Positions 22,796 through 36,619 of a stretch of 64,000 bases of DNA are shown in pieces. Within the stretch, counting starts at the first letter, position 1. The number at the start of each line of letters is the position of its first letter. Below the pieces are notes generated by a model. The model saw nothing but the letters and a program-made list of their open reading frames with translations. It was not told where the DNA came from and did no database searches. The stretch comes from Pristiophorus japonicus (Eukaryota). Position numbers and translations under genes: made by a program. The stretch is taken from the NCBI RefSeq assembly GCF_044704955.1, contig NC_091984.1, forward strand, positions 146,878,001 to 146,942,000, written 5' to 3'.

Positions 22796-25065
22796 ATAAG
22801 AACATAACAACATAAGAATTAGGAACAGGAGTAGGCCATCTAGCCCCTCGAGCCTGCTCCGCCATTAAACAAGATAATGGCTGATCTGGCCGTGGACTCA
22901 GCTCCACTTACCCACCCACTCCCCATAGAAATTCCTTTTCAACTCGGTTTAAATTGGCTCCCCCGTATTTTGAGGCTGTGCTCCCTCGTTCTAGTCTCCC
23001 CGACCAGTGGAATCAACCTCTCTGCCTCTATCTTGTCTATCCCTTTCATTATTTTAAATGTTTCTACAATATCACCACTCATCCTTCTGAACTCCAACAA
23101 GTAAAGACCCAGTCTACTCAATCTATCATGATAAGGTAACCCCCTCATCTCCGGAATCAGCCGAGTGAATCGTCTCTGTACCCCCTCCAAAGCTAGTATA
23201 TCCTTCCTTAAGTAAGGTGACCAAAACTGCACGCAGTACTCCAGGTGCGGCCTCACCAATACCCTGTACAGTTGCAGCAGGACCTCCCTGCTTTTGTACT
23301 CCATCCCTCTCGCAATGAAGGCCAACATTCCATTCGCTTTCCTGATTACCTGCTGCACCTGCAAACTAACTTTTTGGGATTCATGCACAAGGACCCCCAG
23401 GTCCCTCTGCACCACAGCATGTTGTAATTTCTCCCCATTCAAATAATATTTCCTGTTACTGTTTTTCTTTCCAAGGTGGATGACCTCACATTTTCCGACA
23501 TTGTATTCCATCTGCCAAACCTTAGCCCATTCGCTAACCTATCTAAACCTATCTAAATCTCTTTGCAGCCTCTTTGTGTCCTCTACACAACCCGCTTTCC
23601 CACTAATCTTTGTGTCATCTGCAAATTTTGTTACACTACACTCTGTCCCCTCTTCCAGGTCATCTATGTATATTGTAAACAGTTGTGGTCCCAGCACCGA
23701 TCCCTATGGCACACCACTAACCACCGATTTCCAACCCGAAAAGGACCCATTTATCCCGACTCTCTGCTTTCTGTCAGCCAGCCAATTCTCTATCCATGCT
23801 AATACATTTCCTCTGCATCCACATACCTTTATCTTCTGCAGTAACCTTTTGTGTGGCACCTTATCGAATGCCTTTTGGAAATCTAAATACACCACATTCA
23901 TCGGTACACCTCTATCCACCATGCTGGTTATATCCTCAAAGAATTCTACGAAATTAGTTAAACATGATTTCCTCTTCATGAATCCATGTCGCATCTGCTT
24001 GATTGCACTATTCCTATCCAGATGTCCCGCTATTTCTTCCTTCATGATAGCTTCAAGCATTTTCCCCACTACAGATGTTAAACTAACCGGCCTATAGTTA
24101 CCTGCCTTTTGTCTGCCCCCTTTTTTAAACAGAGGCGTTATATTAGCTGCTTTCCAATCCGCTGGTACCTCCCCAGAGTCCAGAGAATTTTGGTAGATTA
24201 TAACTAATGCATCTGCTATAACTTCCGCCATCTCTTTTAATACCCTGGGATGCATTTCTTCAGGACCAGGGGACTTGTCTACCTTGAGTCCCATTAGCCT
24301 GTCCAGCACTACCCCCCGAGGGATAGTGATTATCTCAAGGTCCTCCTTTCCCACATTTATGTGACCAGCAATTTTTGGCATGGTTTTTGTGTCTTCCACT
24401 GTGAAGACCGAAGCAAAATAATTGTTTAAGGTCTCAGCCATTTCCACATTTCCCATTATTAAATCCCCCTTCTCATCTTCTAAGGGACCAACATTTACTT
24501 TAGTCATTCTTTTCCGTTTTATATATCGGTAAAAGCTTTTACTATCTGTTTTTATGTTTTGCGCAAGTTTACTTTCGTAATCTATCTTTCCTTTCTTTAT
24601 TGCTTTCTTCGTCATTCTTTGCTGTCGTTTAAAATTTTCCCAATCTTCTAGTTTCCCACTAACCTTGGCCACCTTATACGCATTGGTTTTTAATTTGATA
24701 CTCTCCTTTATTTCCTTGGTTATCCACGGCTGCTTATCCCTTCTCTTACCGCCCTTCTTTTTCACTGGAATATATTTTTGTTGAGCACTATGAAAGATAT
24801 CCTTAAAAGTCCTCCACTGTTCCTCAATTGTGCCACCGTTTAGTCTGTGTTTCCAGTCTACTTTAGCCAACTCTGCCCTCATCCCACTGTAGTCCCCTTT
24901 GTTTAAGCAAAGTACGCTCATTTGAGACACTACTTCCTCACCCTCAATCTGTATTACAAACTGAACCAGACTGTGATCACTCATTCCGAGAGGATCTTTT
25001 ACGAGGAGATCATTTATTATTCCTGTCTCATTACACAGGACCAGATCTAAGATAGCTTGCTCCCT
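22796..25065 (-). mobile_element. Relatively young CR1 LINE, 5' truncated, about 2.3 kb
   Basis: Long ORFs 23704-24984 (426 aa; VYLDFQKAFDKVPH) and 22939-23511, plus the 3' tail; not present at the equivalent position in the paralogous intron. Confidence 0.92.
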
Positions 25066-27869
25066 GCTCCCTTCCCCTCACATACCCTCGAAACCTCCTA
25101 CCAATTACTTTTAATCTATGTCCCCTGGTTGTTGACCCCGCTGCTAAGGAAATAGATCCTTCCTATCCACACTATCTCGGCCCCTCATAATTTTATACAC
25201 CTCAATAAGGTCTCCCCTCAGCCTCCTCTGTTCCACGGAAAACACCCCCAGCCTATCCAATCTTTCCTCATGGCTAAAATTTTCCAGTCCAGGCAACATC
25301 CTCGTAAATCTGCCTATGTGCAAATGTTTGTAAAGCACCTTGGGATGTCCTGAGGTGGTGAAAGGCGCTATATAAATTCAAGGCTTTCTTTCATTGAAGT
25401 GGGAGGGCCCAGATCCTGATTCTCGCCCATTGTCCGCGCACTCTGACCTTCCAGGAGGTCACAGGATCATTGGGAGCAATGACCCTGCCTGACCCCGGTA
25501 CACTGAGGCTAATTGTAGCCTCACCCTTGACCTCAGCCCGGTGCTGGGCAGCAAGCTTTTAAATGCAATCTAGAAGCTTCTGCACCGACACCCAACATGA
25601 AGCCTTGCTGAAGTGTGTTTATACAAGTGTGCCGCAATGTTCCCGGATAAAGTTCTCCCGATCTGTGTGTGATCTGAGCTTTCTCACTGCTGAGCCTGTT
25701 TCCCCTGTATCCACCCATCTACAGTTCGAGCTTCCTGCCAGTGAACAGCATCTTAACGGGACACTCAATCTTTACCGACTCTTACTGTTAACCATTTCAG
25801 TGCTGAATGTGTGCCAATCCTGCACTGCAGATGTTAATACAACAGTCCAATGTGATTTTGAGTATCAGCTGTAGCTCAGTGCGTTGCACTTTCGCCTCTG
25901 AGTCAGAAGGTTGTGGGTTCAAGTCCCACTTCAGGGACTTGAGCACAAAAATCTAGGCTGACACTCCAGTGCAGTGCTGAGGGAGGGCTGCACTGTCGGA
26001 GGTGCCATCTTTCGGATGAGACATTAAACCGAGGCCCCGTCTGCCCTCTCAGGTGGATGTAAAAGATCCCAGGACACTATTTCGAAGAAGAGCAGGGGAA
26101 TTCTCCCCGGTGTCCTGGTCAATATTTATCCGTCAAGCAACATGACAGAAGAACACATTATCACCACCCTCTGAGTGAAGACGTTTCTCCTCATCTCAGT
26201 CCTAAATGGCTGACCTCTTATTCGGAGACTGCGACCCCTGGTTCTAGACTCCCCAGCCAGAGGAAACATCGACCCTGTCAAGCCCTGTCAGAATTGTGTA
26301 TGTTTGAATGGGATCCCTTCTCATTCTTCTAAACTCTAGAGAGTATCGGCCTTGGAACTTGTGGAACCAAGGCGGGTAAATGGAGTTCAGGTACAGATGA
26401 GCCGTGATCTGATTGAATGGGGGAACAGGCTCGAGGGGCTGAATGGCCTCCTCCTGTTCATTGTGTCCAGCAGCAGCTGTGTACCTCTCCGCAACCTCAT
26501 CTTGACTTTTATCAGTCGCATCAGAGCCTTGATCCCCTCACCAGGGGGCTGGTGTTTCCAGATCAATGTCCAGCTGATCGATGCCATGAGTCAGACTCAG
26601 TGAGTGCTGTCAGCAGGTGGAAAGGCTGCTCCAACTGCAGCCTTTTTCTAATGCATTTGGGGAGAGGCAACAAGGCAAGGGAATACACAATAAATGGGAG
26701 GGTACTGAGAGAGGTGGAGGAACGGAGGGACCTTGGAGTGCAGGTCCACAGATCCCTGAAGGTCGCAGGTCAGGTCAATAGGTGCTTAAAAAGACAGACG
26801 GAATGCTTGCCTTTATTAGCCGAGGCATAGAATACAAGATCAGGGAGGTTATCCTTGAACTGTATAAAACACTAGTTAGGCCACAGTTAGAGTACTGCAG
26901 ACAGTTCTGGTCACCACATTACAGGAAAGATGTGATTACACGAGAGAGGGTACAGAGGAGATTCACGAGGATGTTGCCGGGACTGGAGAATTTTAGTTGT
27001 GAGGAAAGATTGGATCTACTGGGGGTATTTTCAGTGGAACAGAGGAGGCTGAGGGGAGACCTTATTGAGGTGTATAAAATGATGAGGGGCCTCGATAGAG
27101 TAGATAGAATGGACCCATTTCCCTTTGCAGAGGGGTCAACAACCAGGGGGCATAGATTTAAAGTAATTGGTGGAAGGTTTAGAGGGGAGATTAGGAAACA
27201 ATTCTTCACCCAGAGGGTGGTGGGGGTCTGGAACTCACTGCCTGAAAGGGTGGTGGAGGCAGAAACCCTCACCACATTTAAAAAGTACTTGGATGTGCCC
27301 TTAAAGTGCTGTAACCCACAGGGCTACGGACCCAGAGCTGGAAAGTGGGATTAGGCTGGGTAGCTCTTTGTTGGCCGGCGCGGACACGATGGGCCGAAAT
27401 GCCCTCCTTCCGTGCTGTAATTTTCTGTGATTCTATGATTGTGCTGGCGGTGTTGACCATATTAAAAGACGCAGCATACATTTTATTGAAGATATTTCCG
27501 TCCCCGGTTTCCCCGCTGCCAATAATTGGATCAATCGATGCTGTAGCGCCCCCCTTGTGGTACATCTATATGGGCTCCACCCAAACCCCTGCTTTCAACC
27601 CTTGAACCCACATTGCCTACGCGAGCTGGAGCCCCGCTCCTTAATCACAGCATCTCACAGCACAGAGGAAGGCCATTCGGCCCATCAAACCAGTGCTGGC
27701 TCTTTGAAAGAGCAATGGACTACTATGGCCTGGACTAATGATCCAGAGACACGAGTTCAAATCCCACCACGGCAGCTGGGGAATTTAAATTTAGTTCATT
27801 AAATAAATCTGGAATAAAAAGCAAGTGTCAGTAATGGTGACCATGAAACTGCCGGATTGTCGTAAAAAC

Positions 27870-30800
27870 CCATCTACCTGGCCTGCTACCTTCAGGGATC
27901 TGTGGACATGCAGACCAAGTTCCTTTTGTTCCTCTACACCTCTCAGTGTCCTACCATTTAATGTGTATTCCCTTGCCTTGATAGACCTCCCCAAATGCAT
28001 GACCTCACACTTCTCCAGATTAAATTCCATTTGCCACTGTTCTGCCCACCTGACCATTTCATTGATATCTTTCTGCAATCTGCAGCTTTTTTCTTCATTA
28101 TCAACCACACGACCGATTTTAGTGTCATCTGCAAACTACCCCCTACATTCAAGTCCAAATCATTGATATATACCACAAAAAATTAGGGACATAGTGCTGA
28201 CCTCTGCGGAACCCCCCTGGAAACAGCCTTCCAGTCACAAAAACACCCATCAACCATTACACTTTGCTTCCTGCCTCTGAGCCAATTTTGGATCAACTTG
28301 CAACTTTGCCCTGGATCCCATGGGCTTTTACTTTCATGACCAGTCTGCAATGTGGCACCTTATCAAAAGTCTTGCTAAAATCCATACACACTACATCAAA
28401 CGCACTGCCCTCATCGATCCTCCTTATTACTTCTTCGGTGAATTCAATTAAGTTAGTCAGACATGACCTTCCCTTAACAAACCCATCCTGACTGTCCTTG
28501 ATTGATCCATCTATCTAAATGAAGATTTAACCTGTCTCTCAGGATTTTTTTCCAATAATTTTCCTACCACTGAGGTTAGGCTGACTGGCCTGTAATTACT
28601 CGGTCTATCCCTTTCTCCATTTTTCAACAAAGATACCATGTTAGCAGTCCTCCAGTCCTCCTGCACCACACCTGTAGCCAGAGAGGATTGGAAAATGATG
28701 GTCAGAGCCTCTGCTATTTCCTCTTTTGATTCACTTAACAGCCTGGGATATATTTCATCCAGGCCAGGGGATTTATCCACCCTCAAAGTTGCTAAGCTCC
28801 TTAATACTTCCTCTCTCACTATGTTTATTTCATCTAATATTTCACACTCCTCCTCCCTGATTGCAATGTCTACATCGCCCCTCTCTTTTGTGAAAACAGA
28901 CGCAAAGTATTCATTGAGAACCAGACCCATGTCTTCTGTCTCCACACACAGATTACCTTTATGGTCTCCAATAGGTCCAACTCTTTCTTTAATTATCCTC
29001 CTGCTCTTAATGTATTTATAAAACATCTTTGGGTTTTCCTTGATTTTACTTGCCAAAATGTTTTCATACTCTCTCTTTGCTTTCCTAATTTCCTTTTCAA
29101 TTGCACCCCTGCACTTTCTATACCCCTCTAAAGTTCCTGCAGTATTGAGCCCTCGGTATCTGTCATAAGCCTCCCTGTTTTACTTTATCCTACACTGTAT
29201 TTCCCTTGACATCCAGGGGTCTCTAGATTTGTTACTCCCACCCTTTTTCTTTAAGCGAACAGACTTACTCTGAAACCACAGGATTTCCTCCTTGAATGCC
29301 TCCCACTGCTCTGACACTGATTTACCTTCAAGTAGCCGTTTCCAGTCCACTTTGGCCAAATCTCATCTCAGCTCAGCAAAATTGGCTTTTCCCCAATTGA
29401 GAACTTTTATTCCTGCTCTATCTTTGTCCTTTTCCATAACTACATTAAATCTAACTGAATTATGATCACAGGCACCAAAATGCGCTCCCACTGATACCCC
29501 TTCCACCTGCCCCTCTTCATTCCCCAAAACCAAGTCCAGAACCGTCCCCTCCCTTGTTGGGCTTGTTACAAACTGGCTAAAAAAGTTCTCCTGAAGGCAT
29601 TTTAGGAATTCCGCACCCTCTATACCTTTCACACTAATTTTATCCCAGTTAATGTTAGGGTAGTTGAAATCCCCTACTATAACTGCCCTATAGTTTTTGC
29701 ACGTGTCAGAAATGTGCCTACATATTTGCTCTTCTCTCTCCCTCTGACTGTTTGGGGGTCTATAGTACACTCCCAGCAGTGTGATTACCCCTTTTTCATT
29801 CTTCAATTCGACCTATATGGCCTCATTTGATGATCCTTCCGACATATCATCCCTCCTCACAGCTGTAATTGTTTCTTTCAATTGTTTCACAACTGCGACC
29901 CCCTCCTTTTTTATCCCCCTCTCTATCCCGTCTGAAAACCCTGTAACCAGGAATGTTGAGCTGTCATACCTGCCCTTCTTTCAGCCATGTCTCAGTAATA
30001 GCTATAATATCGTACTCCCAAGTGTCTATCTGTGCTCTCAGCTCATCTGCCTTATTCCCTATACTCCTTGCATTGAAGTATATACCATTTAGCACTGCCA
30101 AACTGCCTTGTTGTCTAATTTCTAGGCTATGTTTCCTCTGTCACTTTCTATTTTTCTGCTTTCCAATTCCAGCTTTGCTTCTCTTCCCACTGAATCCATT
30201 CTCAGGTTCCCATCCCCTGGTAAGCAAGTTTAAACCCTCCCCAAAAGCAATAGCAAATCCCCCCACAACGATATTGGTCCCTGCTCTGTTGAGGTGCAAC
30301 CCATCCGGCTTGTACAGGTCCCACCTGCCCCAGAAATGGTCCCAATGCCTCAGGAAACTAAAGCCCTCCCTTCTGCAACATCTCTCTAGACACGTAGTCA
30401 TCTTCTCTACCCTCCTATTGCAGTAGTCACTATTGTGAGCTCAAAATAAAGTGTGACGTTAGTCTTTTTTGCAGGTCTCTAGAGAGCCCCCGCATCCTGT
30501 GAAGCCCCTTAAATACCTGTGCTCCCAAGGGATTATGGGATCCCTTGGGATTCCAGGGCATGAGCCTTTTGGTGGCTGTACAGAGTAAATACAAGTCCAC
30601 ATATATAACAACTAGCACGTAGCACCGGCAGTAATACGGAGATTACTACCTTTGAGGTCTAGCATTTTTATCTCTCTCCGAGCTCCCTAATCTCTGCCTG
30701 TAGGACCTCATCCCTCTTTCTACCTGTGTCATTGGATCCGATATGGACCACAACCTCTGGCTGTTCACCCTCCCCCCCTCAGAATGTACTGCAGCCACTC

Positions 30801-30880
30801 AGTTTCATCCTTGACCCTGGCAACAGGCAGGCAACATACCATCCTGGAGTCACGTCTGTGGCCGCAGTAATGCCTGTCTG
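27870..30880 (-). mobile_element. CR1 LINE spanning ORF1 (SGNH esterase-like), endonuclease and RT, degenerate
   Basis: DLYKPDGLHLNRAGT (ORF1), VYYRPPNS and IVGDFNYPNINW (APE endonuclease), NYRPVSLTSVVGK. Confidence 0.85.
30434..30610. mobile_element. Short solo-LTR-like insertion (177 bp) within CR1 ORF1
   Basis: TGT...ACA ends; flanks ACTAT/ACTAG form an imperfect 5-bp TSD; the CR1 sequence resumes across it. Confidence 0.55.
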
Positions 30881-31077
30881 TTCCCCTAACTATGGTGCAG
30901 CCCAACACTCGCCCCCCCGAGCCCACCCCCAGGGGAAGTGCAGTGCACCACATTGCGCTCCACTTCCTGTCAGGAGCTGTGACCCCAATTTCGCTTCCGG
31001 GGCGGGACTTCAGCGTGGGAAAAGTTACTGCCCCATCCGGGGCAATACGCAATTTGGGCCCATTATCTGGTCATAGT

Positions 31078-31326
31078 TGTAAAGTCCTGTTCCCTCAGTA
31101 CAGATTCACATGAGGCATGTAGTGAAGTCAAGGTCACTCTGGACCTGCACCTTTTATTTCACAGCTCTGGAATGCTGCACTTGCTTGAGACCTGTGCTTA
31201 TATACCTGTCTCTTGCAAGTGCACCCCTGGTGGTAAGGTACGCTGGTGGTTACAGGTCATATCTTATTACAGTCATGTATAGCATCTTAGGATACAGTTA
31301 TATATAATAATGTAAGATACATGAAA
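31078..31326 (-). mobile_element. Solo LTR (249 bp) within a SINE
   Basis: Perfect 5-bp TSD ATAGT (31073-31077, 31327-31331); TGT at the left end; TATA and AATAAA on the minus strand. Confidence 0.7.
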
Positions 31327-34009
31327 ATAGTCACATGTGGGAGCTTGCTGTGCACAAACTGTCTGTCGTGGCTCCTCCATTACCGCAGTGACTACACTTC
31401 AACAGTACTTCATTGGCTGTAAAGCGCTTTGGGACGTCCTGAGGTGGTGAAAGGTGTTATATAAATGCAAGTCTTTCTTTCCAATTCAGCTCAACATCTT
31501 TGAAACTCAAACCCGCGGACAGTGACGGGCAGGTAAAGACCCTGTGGTCCATCCAGCCCGTCCCACACAATTGTGATACCTTGTGTATCACAGTACAGAC
31601 TCTCAACCCCACCCAAAACTACTTGATCTCCTGGCAGAGGCGAAAAACCAGGGAAAAAACCCATGGGGGGAAATAAATCTGGGAAACTCCTCTCCGACCG
31701 CCCCACCCATCCCCGGGCGATGGAAACTAGTCCAGGAGGTCACTGTGGCCCTGAATTCCCTGCAGTAACTACCTTCTGTAAGTGGTGATCTCCGCACCGG
31801 CCACAAACAGGTCCTGCTCTCACTTATGTACAGCTCATGGATTTCAAATTACAAGCTTTCCCCACAGTGTCAAGTGCTGCAAATACTGTGTTACATTATC
31901 AAGGTTATATTCTCATTGTCTGTCATTGTCACAACACTCGCTATATAAATGCAAGTTGTTGTTGTGTTCAGGGGCCGCTGTATCTGGCTCAGGCTTCTTA
32001 TCCATTCCCCCCTTCCCTTCCCCCTCCATTGGGGGCCGTGCCTTCAGCTGCCTGGGCCCTAACTCCCTGCTCCCTAAACCTCTCTGCCACTCCACCCCTC
32101 TCCTCTTTTAAGACCTCCCTTCAAACCCAATCTGTGACTGAGGGTTTTGATCACCCTCCCAGCCCCTCCCCCTTTGGCTCAGCAGCACTTTGACCAGATT
32201 ACGCCTCTGTCAGCTGCCTTGGGATGTTGTTCTAATGTTCCAGTTGCTATAGCAATGCAGGTTGTTGCTGCTGTATCTGGCGGCAGAGGGTCTCTGTGTG
32301 GATATACCCCGTGCACCGAGCTCCGTGGTGAGGCCTCCCACAGTGGAATGGCCTGCCGATGCTCGCTGCAGTGCGGAGTGGCTGCTGACCCGCCAATCAG
32401 TCTGAGACACCGCCTCACGAGCGGACGAGGAGATACACGCTGAGATCCACCATCAAATGACACGTGGGGAAACATAGAAACATCGAAAATAGGTGCAGGA
32501 GCAGGCCATTCAGCCCTTCTAGCCTGCACCGCCATTCAATGAGTTCATGGCTGAACATGAAACTTCAGTACCCCCTTCCTGCTTTCTCGCCTTACCCCTT
32601 GATCCACCGAGTAGTAAGGACTTCATCTAACTCCCTTTTGAATATATTTAGTGAATTGGCCTCAACTACTTTCTGGGGTAGAGAATTCCACAGGTTCACC
32701 ACTCTCTGGGTGAAGAAGTTTCTCCTAATCTCGGTCCTAAATGGCTTACCCATTATCCTTAGACTGTGACCCCTGGTTCTGGACTTCCCCAACATTGGGA
32801 ACATTCTTCCTGCATCTAACCTGTCTAAACCCGTCAGAATTTTAAACGTTTCTACTTTTGGTGGCCGTGCCTTCTGTTGCTTGAGCCCCAAGCTCTGGAT
32901 CTCCCTCCCTAAACCTCTCCGCCTCTCTACCTCTCTTTCCTCCTTCAAGATGCCCCTTAAAACCTACCACTTTGACCTGCACTAATTTCTACTTATGCGG
33001 CTCGGGAACTGGAAATGAATCTGCAAACCTGATTGGAGGTTTGGTACAAACGGGTTTTACAAACCAATCAATTGAGTGACACAGAAATTGTACAAAAATT
33101 TGGTCTTTTCAGAACCAACATCGCCCCCTTTTGGTATGAAGACAGCACTGCCAATTTCCCTCACAATTTGACTGAGCTGCAATTTTCAATGTCTCCTTAC
33201 GTGGCTCGCTGTCAATCTTTATTCTATAACGCTCCTGTGAAGCACTTGGGGAGTTTTACTGTGTTAAAGGTGCTGTATAAAAGTTGCTGTTGTTGTTTGT
33301 TCTGAGTTAGCTGTTCCAACTGAGGTCGGGATATGACTCACAGCTCAGACTGTGCGGCATCCAGTGATGCAATGTTGTATCGTGGGTTCAAGCCCCACTC
33401 TAGGGATCTGAGTGCAAAATAAAGACATACACTACTGTGCAGTACTGAGGAAGTGCTGCATTGTCGGAGGGGCAGTACTGAGGGAGTGCTGCACTGTCGG
33501 AGGGGCAGTACTGAGGGAGTGCCGCACTGTCGGAGGGTGTGTGTGTGTGCATTGGGACATTTCAGTCCTAGTCACACAGCAATTGTTGGCAACGGTCTCT
33601 GATGAAGTCCATGTAGCCTCTGTTGGGTTCCCCTGGATCATTCTCAGTTACTGAGGAAGTCCATTTAGCCCCTGTTGGGTTCCCTGGATTATTCTCAGTT
33701 ACTGAGGAAGTCTCAGCAGATCCAATACATGGGAATACCGAGCACAGTGTTGACCGACAGGACTTGTTGACCTGCTCACTGTTTCCATCCAGGTGCAACA
33801 ACACCTGGACCCTCCGATTCCCCCCATGGCCAAGTTTCCCAGCACACTGAGCGCTTCAACCCGCACTTTATTGCACGTCATTGCAGAGCGGTTGAATCCT
33901 TGCGTGGGTTTTGTCTGCAAACAGTTGGATGGTGTCTGCTCTCAACTGGATTATGTTCTTGCAGAGGCTCGAAAGCGCCTCCTTCTGGTTCTCCTTGTTC
34001 CCCCACAAC

Positions 34010-35378
34010 AACAACAACAACTTGTATTTATATAGCGCCTTTAACTTAGTGAAACGTCCCAAGGCGCTTCACAGGAGTATTATGGGATACAAATTTGTCA
34101 CCGAGCCGCATAAGTAGAAATTAGTGCAGGTCAAAGAGGTAGGTTTTAAGGGGCGTCTTGAAGGAGGAAAGAGAGATAGAGAGGCGGAGAGGTTTAGGGA
34201 GGGAGATCCAGAGCTTGGGGCTCAAGCAATAGAAGGCACGGCCACCAATGGTTGAGCGATTATAATCAGGGGTGCTCAGGAGGGCAGAATTAGAGGAGCG
34301 CAGACATCTTGGTTGGTTGTGGGGCTGGAGGAGATTACAGAAATAGGGAGGGGTAAGGCCATGGAGGGATTTGAAACTAAGGATTGAGAATTTTGAAATC
34401 AAAGGCGTTGCTTAACCGGGAGCCAATGTAGGTCAGCGAGCACAGGGGTGATGGGTGAACAGGACTTGGTGCGAGTTAGGACACAGGCAGCCGAGTTTTG
34501 GGTCACCTCTAATTTACGTAGGATAGAATGTGGGAGACCAGCCAGGATTGCGTTGGAATAGTCGAATCTAGAGGTAACAAATGTGGAAAGTATTTTTATC
34601 TAAGCTGATACCATACGGTATTTGTGTGCCTTTTGATTAAAATGGAGTCCTGGCCCTTCCAGAACTTTCTGCATTTTAGCAGTCAGCTTGCATAAACAGC
34701 TAAACCGGCTGTTAGATGGCTGATGGCCACCAGACAGCTCGGAGACAAGTCATGCTGAGACAAGTAACCCCCCATGGTGCTCTCCTATTGTCTACACTAC
34801 AGGAGTTCCATGTCACCCCACCCTTATCTTCTAGCCATTATCTCTTCCCGAGACCTCATCCATTTGATGCAAACAGATAAACTGACCAGGAAATTGAAAC
34901 AATCCTGACACAATACAAGACAGGTGATAGCCCATTACCTATGACTCATGGAGTAATGGCCGTTTGGCTTTCTGATAACCCTGACAAAAAGAAATATTTG
35001 GATACCATGTCAGGACCAGGATATAGTAATTAACTCTTTATCTGTATTCACTGACTGTGAGACAGAGCAATACACAGGGAGAGGCCATAATTTTGGTTTT
35101 ACTGTATAAATATCTTGTTAAACTGAACCATTTCGGAGGTGTTCACTTAGCCCTTGACTGAGTGTGACCTACCCCTTGCGAGCAAGTAAATTAAAGAAAC
35201 TTCTACCGGAGCTGTAAGTGTCGGAGTCATTCTTTTCGGAGGTCGAGATTTCGACACAAAGCATGGATGAGGGTTTCAGCAGCGGATGAGCTGAGGCAAG
35301 TGCGGGGGCGCGTGATGTTGTGGAGATGGAAATAGATGGTCTTAGTTATGCTGCGGATGTGTGGTCGAAAGCTCAGAC
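34010..35378 (-). mobile_element. L2-like LINE 3' part, interrupted by a solo LTR
   Basis: FKSLHGLTPPYFCNLLQPHNQPRCLRSS...GGRAF; the host sequence continues across the LTR. Confidence 0.8.
34582..35256 (+). mobile_element. Solo LTR (675 bp)
   Basis: Ends TGTGGAAA/TTTCGACA (7 of 8 inverted match); perfect 4-bp TSD CAAA; TATAAA near 35105 and ATTAAA near 35190. Confidence 0.85.
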
Positions 35379-36619
35379 TAATCAATTTGCCCATCACTTT
35401 ATGAGACCAGTAATGGGCTCCAATTGTAATGTTGCCCAGGCCCGTGACACACAGAAACTGGACAAGTGTAGAGCAAACACCCCAACAATCTGCTCACCAG
35501 CGTGTCTGTGAGCTGCAGCTGTGAAACCCGTGGAGATTTGAACAGCTCTCCGAAGGAGGAAGCCACGGTGATTGGCTGACAGTCTGGGACGGGAAGGATC
35601 GGAGCTGCCTGCCCTTCCACAATGCCAGGCAGGCTGAGGCCAGCGTATTTTACCATTGCTCTGGCCAGCAGGACAGCCTCCTTGTCGGACTTGCCCAAGT
35701 CCATCATCTGGTCCCATCCCCCCCTTTTCACCGTGTCCTTACCTACTGTTTTATTATTGGTCGGAGCCAGTGGGTCCTTTAGTGCCCCCACACAGTCCAT
35801 GCCCATCTCTGCTTCTCCATGTTTCACACCCAGCTGAGAAATATCTCTGGTTGGATTTGCCGTGGGGAGCAGGACCATTGAGCAGAGAAACATTAACACA
35901 GGGGTTGAGATGAATGAGCAGGCTGCAGAATAACAGCGGGAATAATGTAGTCACCACCTCTGCCAACTCGGGCTTAGTGTTCAGACGGCGGCCAGGGATC
36001 GAAGGGTTAAATAGATTGAAGCTCTCTCCTCATTGCTCTCTCAGGCACAAATACACAGTCTGTAGCACTTTGCTGTGATTGGTCCACCCCTGCGGTTTCT
36101 TTGTTGCCATGGTTTCCATTGTGAGACCAGTGGACATGACCCCTCAGTGGTGATGTGTCCCGCGGGGGGGTCATATGCCCATATAAGTCCTGCCCGCTGT
36201 GTGTGTCAGTTTAAGGTGGGTGTTGGGGGTGAAGGGCCAGACCTGAGATACAGGCGAGACGGACAAGACAACATTCACAACCCTGGGCAGCCATGTTGCA
36301 TTGAGCAGCTGGTTGTTCCTAATAGACAACCCTCCGCACCACAGACTCTCAAAGTCCTTGTGGCAAAAGGTGTAGAAATGGGAGTGTCCCACAGACATTT
36401 CCAGCAGCATTGCCCCAAATTGGGATTGTCATGTGTCGAGGATTGAAACTGTTTAATGACATCATGAGGAAGTGGTTGTGACATCAGAGCATTTTGTTGT
36501 GACATCAGAGCGGTGACATGTGTTCCACTCTTCGCCTCTTTAAAATGGCCGTTTATTGCCGACCAGCCCAGGTTTCTCCCCCAGATATCCTCCCTGCTTT
36601 CCTCCTTCGGCCTCGAGAG

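Larger units (their letters stand above)
21090..29095 (+). repeat. Direct segmental duplicate of the J-C intron (about 10270-15632) lacking J and C, with an extra CR1 insertion
   Basis: Collinear, near-identical blocks: 21530-22290 vs 10700-11300, and 25170-29095 vs 11715-15632; paired ORFs in the track are almost identical. Confidence 0.92.

Noticed and set aside
23704-24984. 426-aa RT ORF as an active or domesticated gene
   Set aside because: Ordinary 5'-truncated CR1 with a stop inside the RT domain.
31500-31800. snRNA-like structured sequence
   Set aside because: Ends in a CR1-type tail on the minus strand; more likely a SINE or LINE 3' UTR, and no snRNA motif was confirmed.
33598-33720. 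CTGATGA suggesting a hammerhead ribozyme
   Set aside because: No GAAA core partner or flanking stems found.
35399-35899. 166-aa ORF as a host gene
   Set aside because: No recognisable domain, non-ATG start and no splice support.
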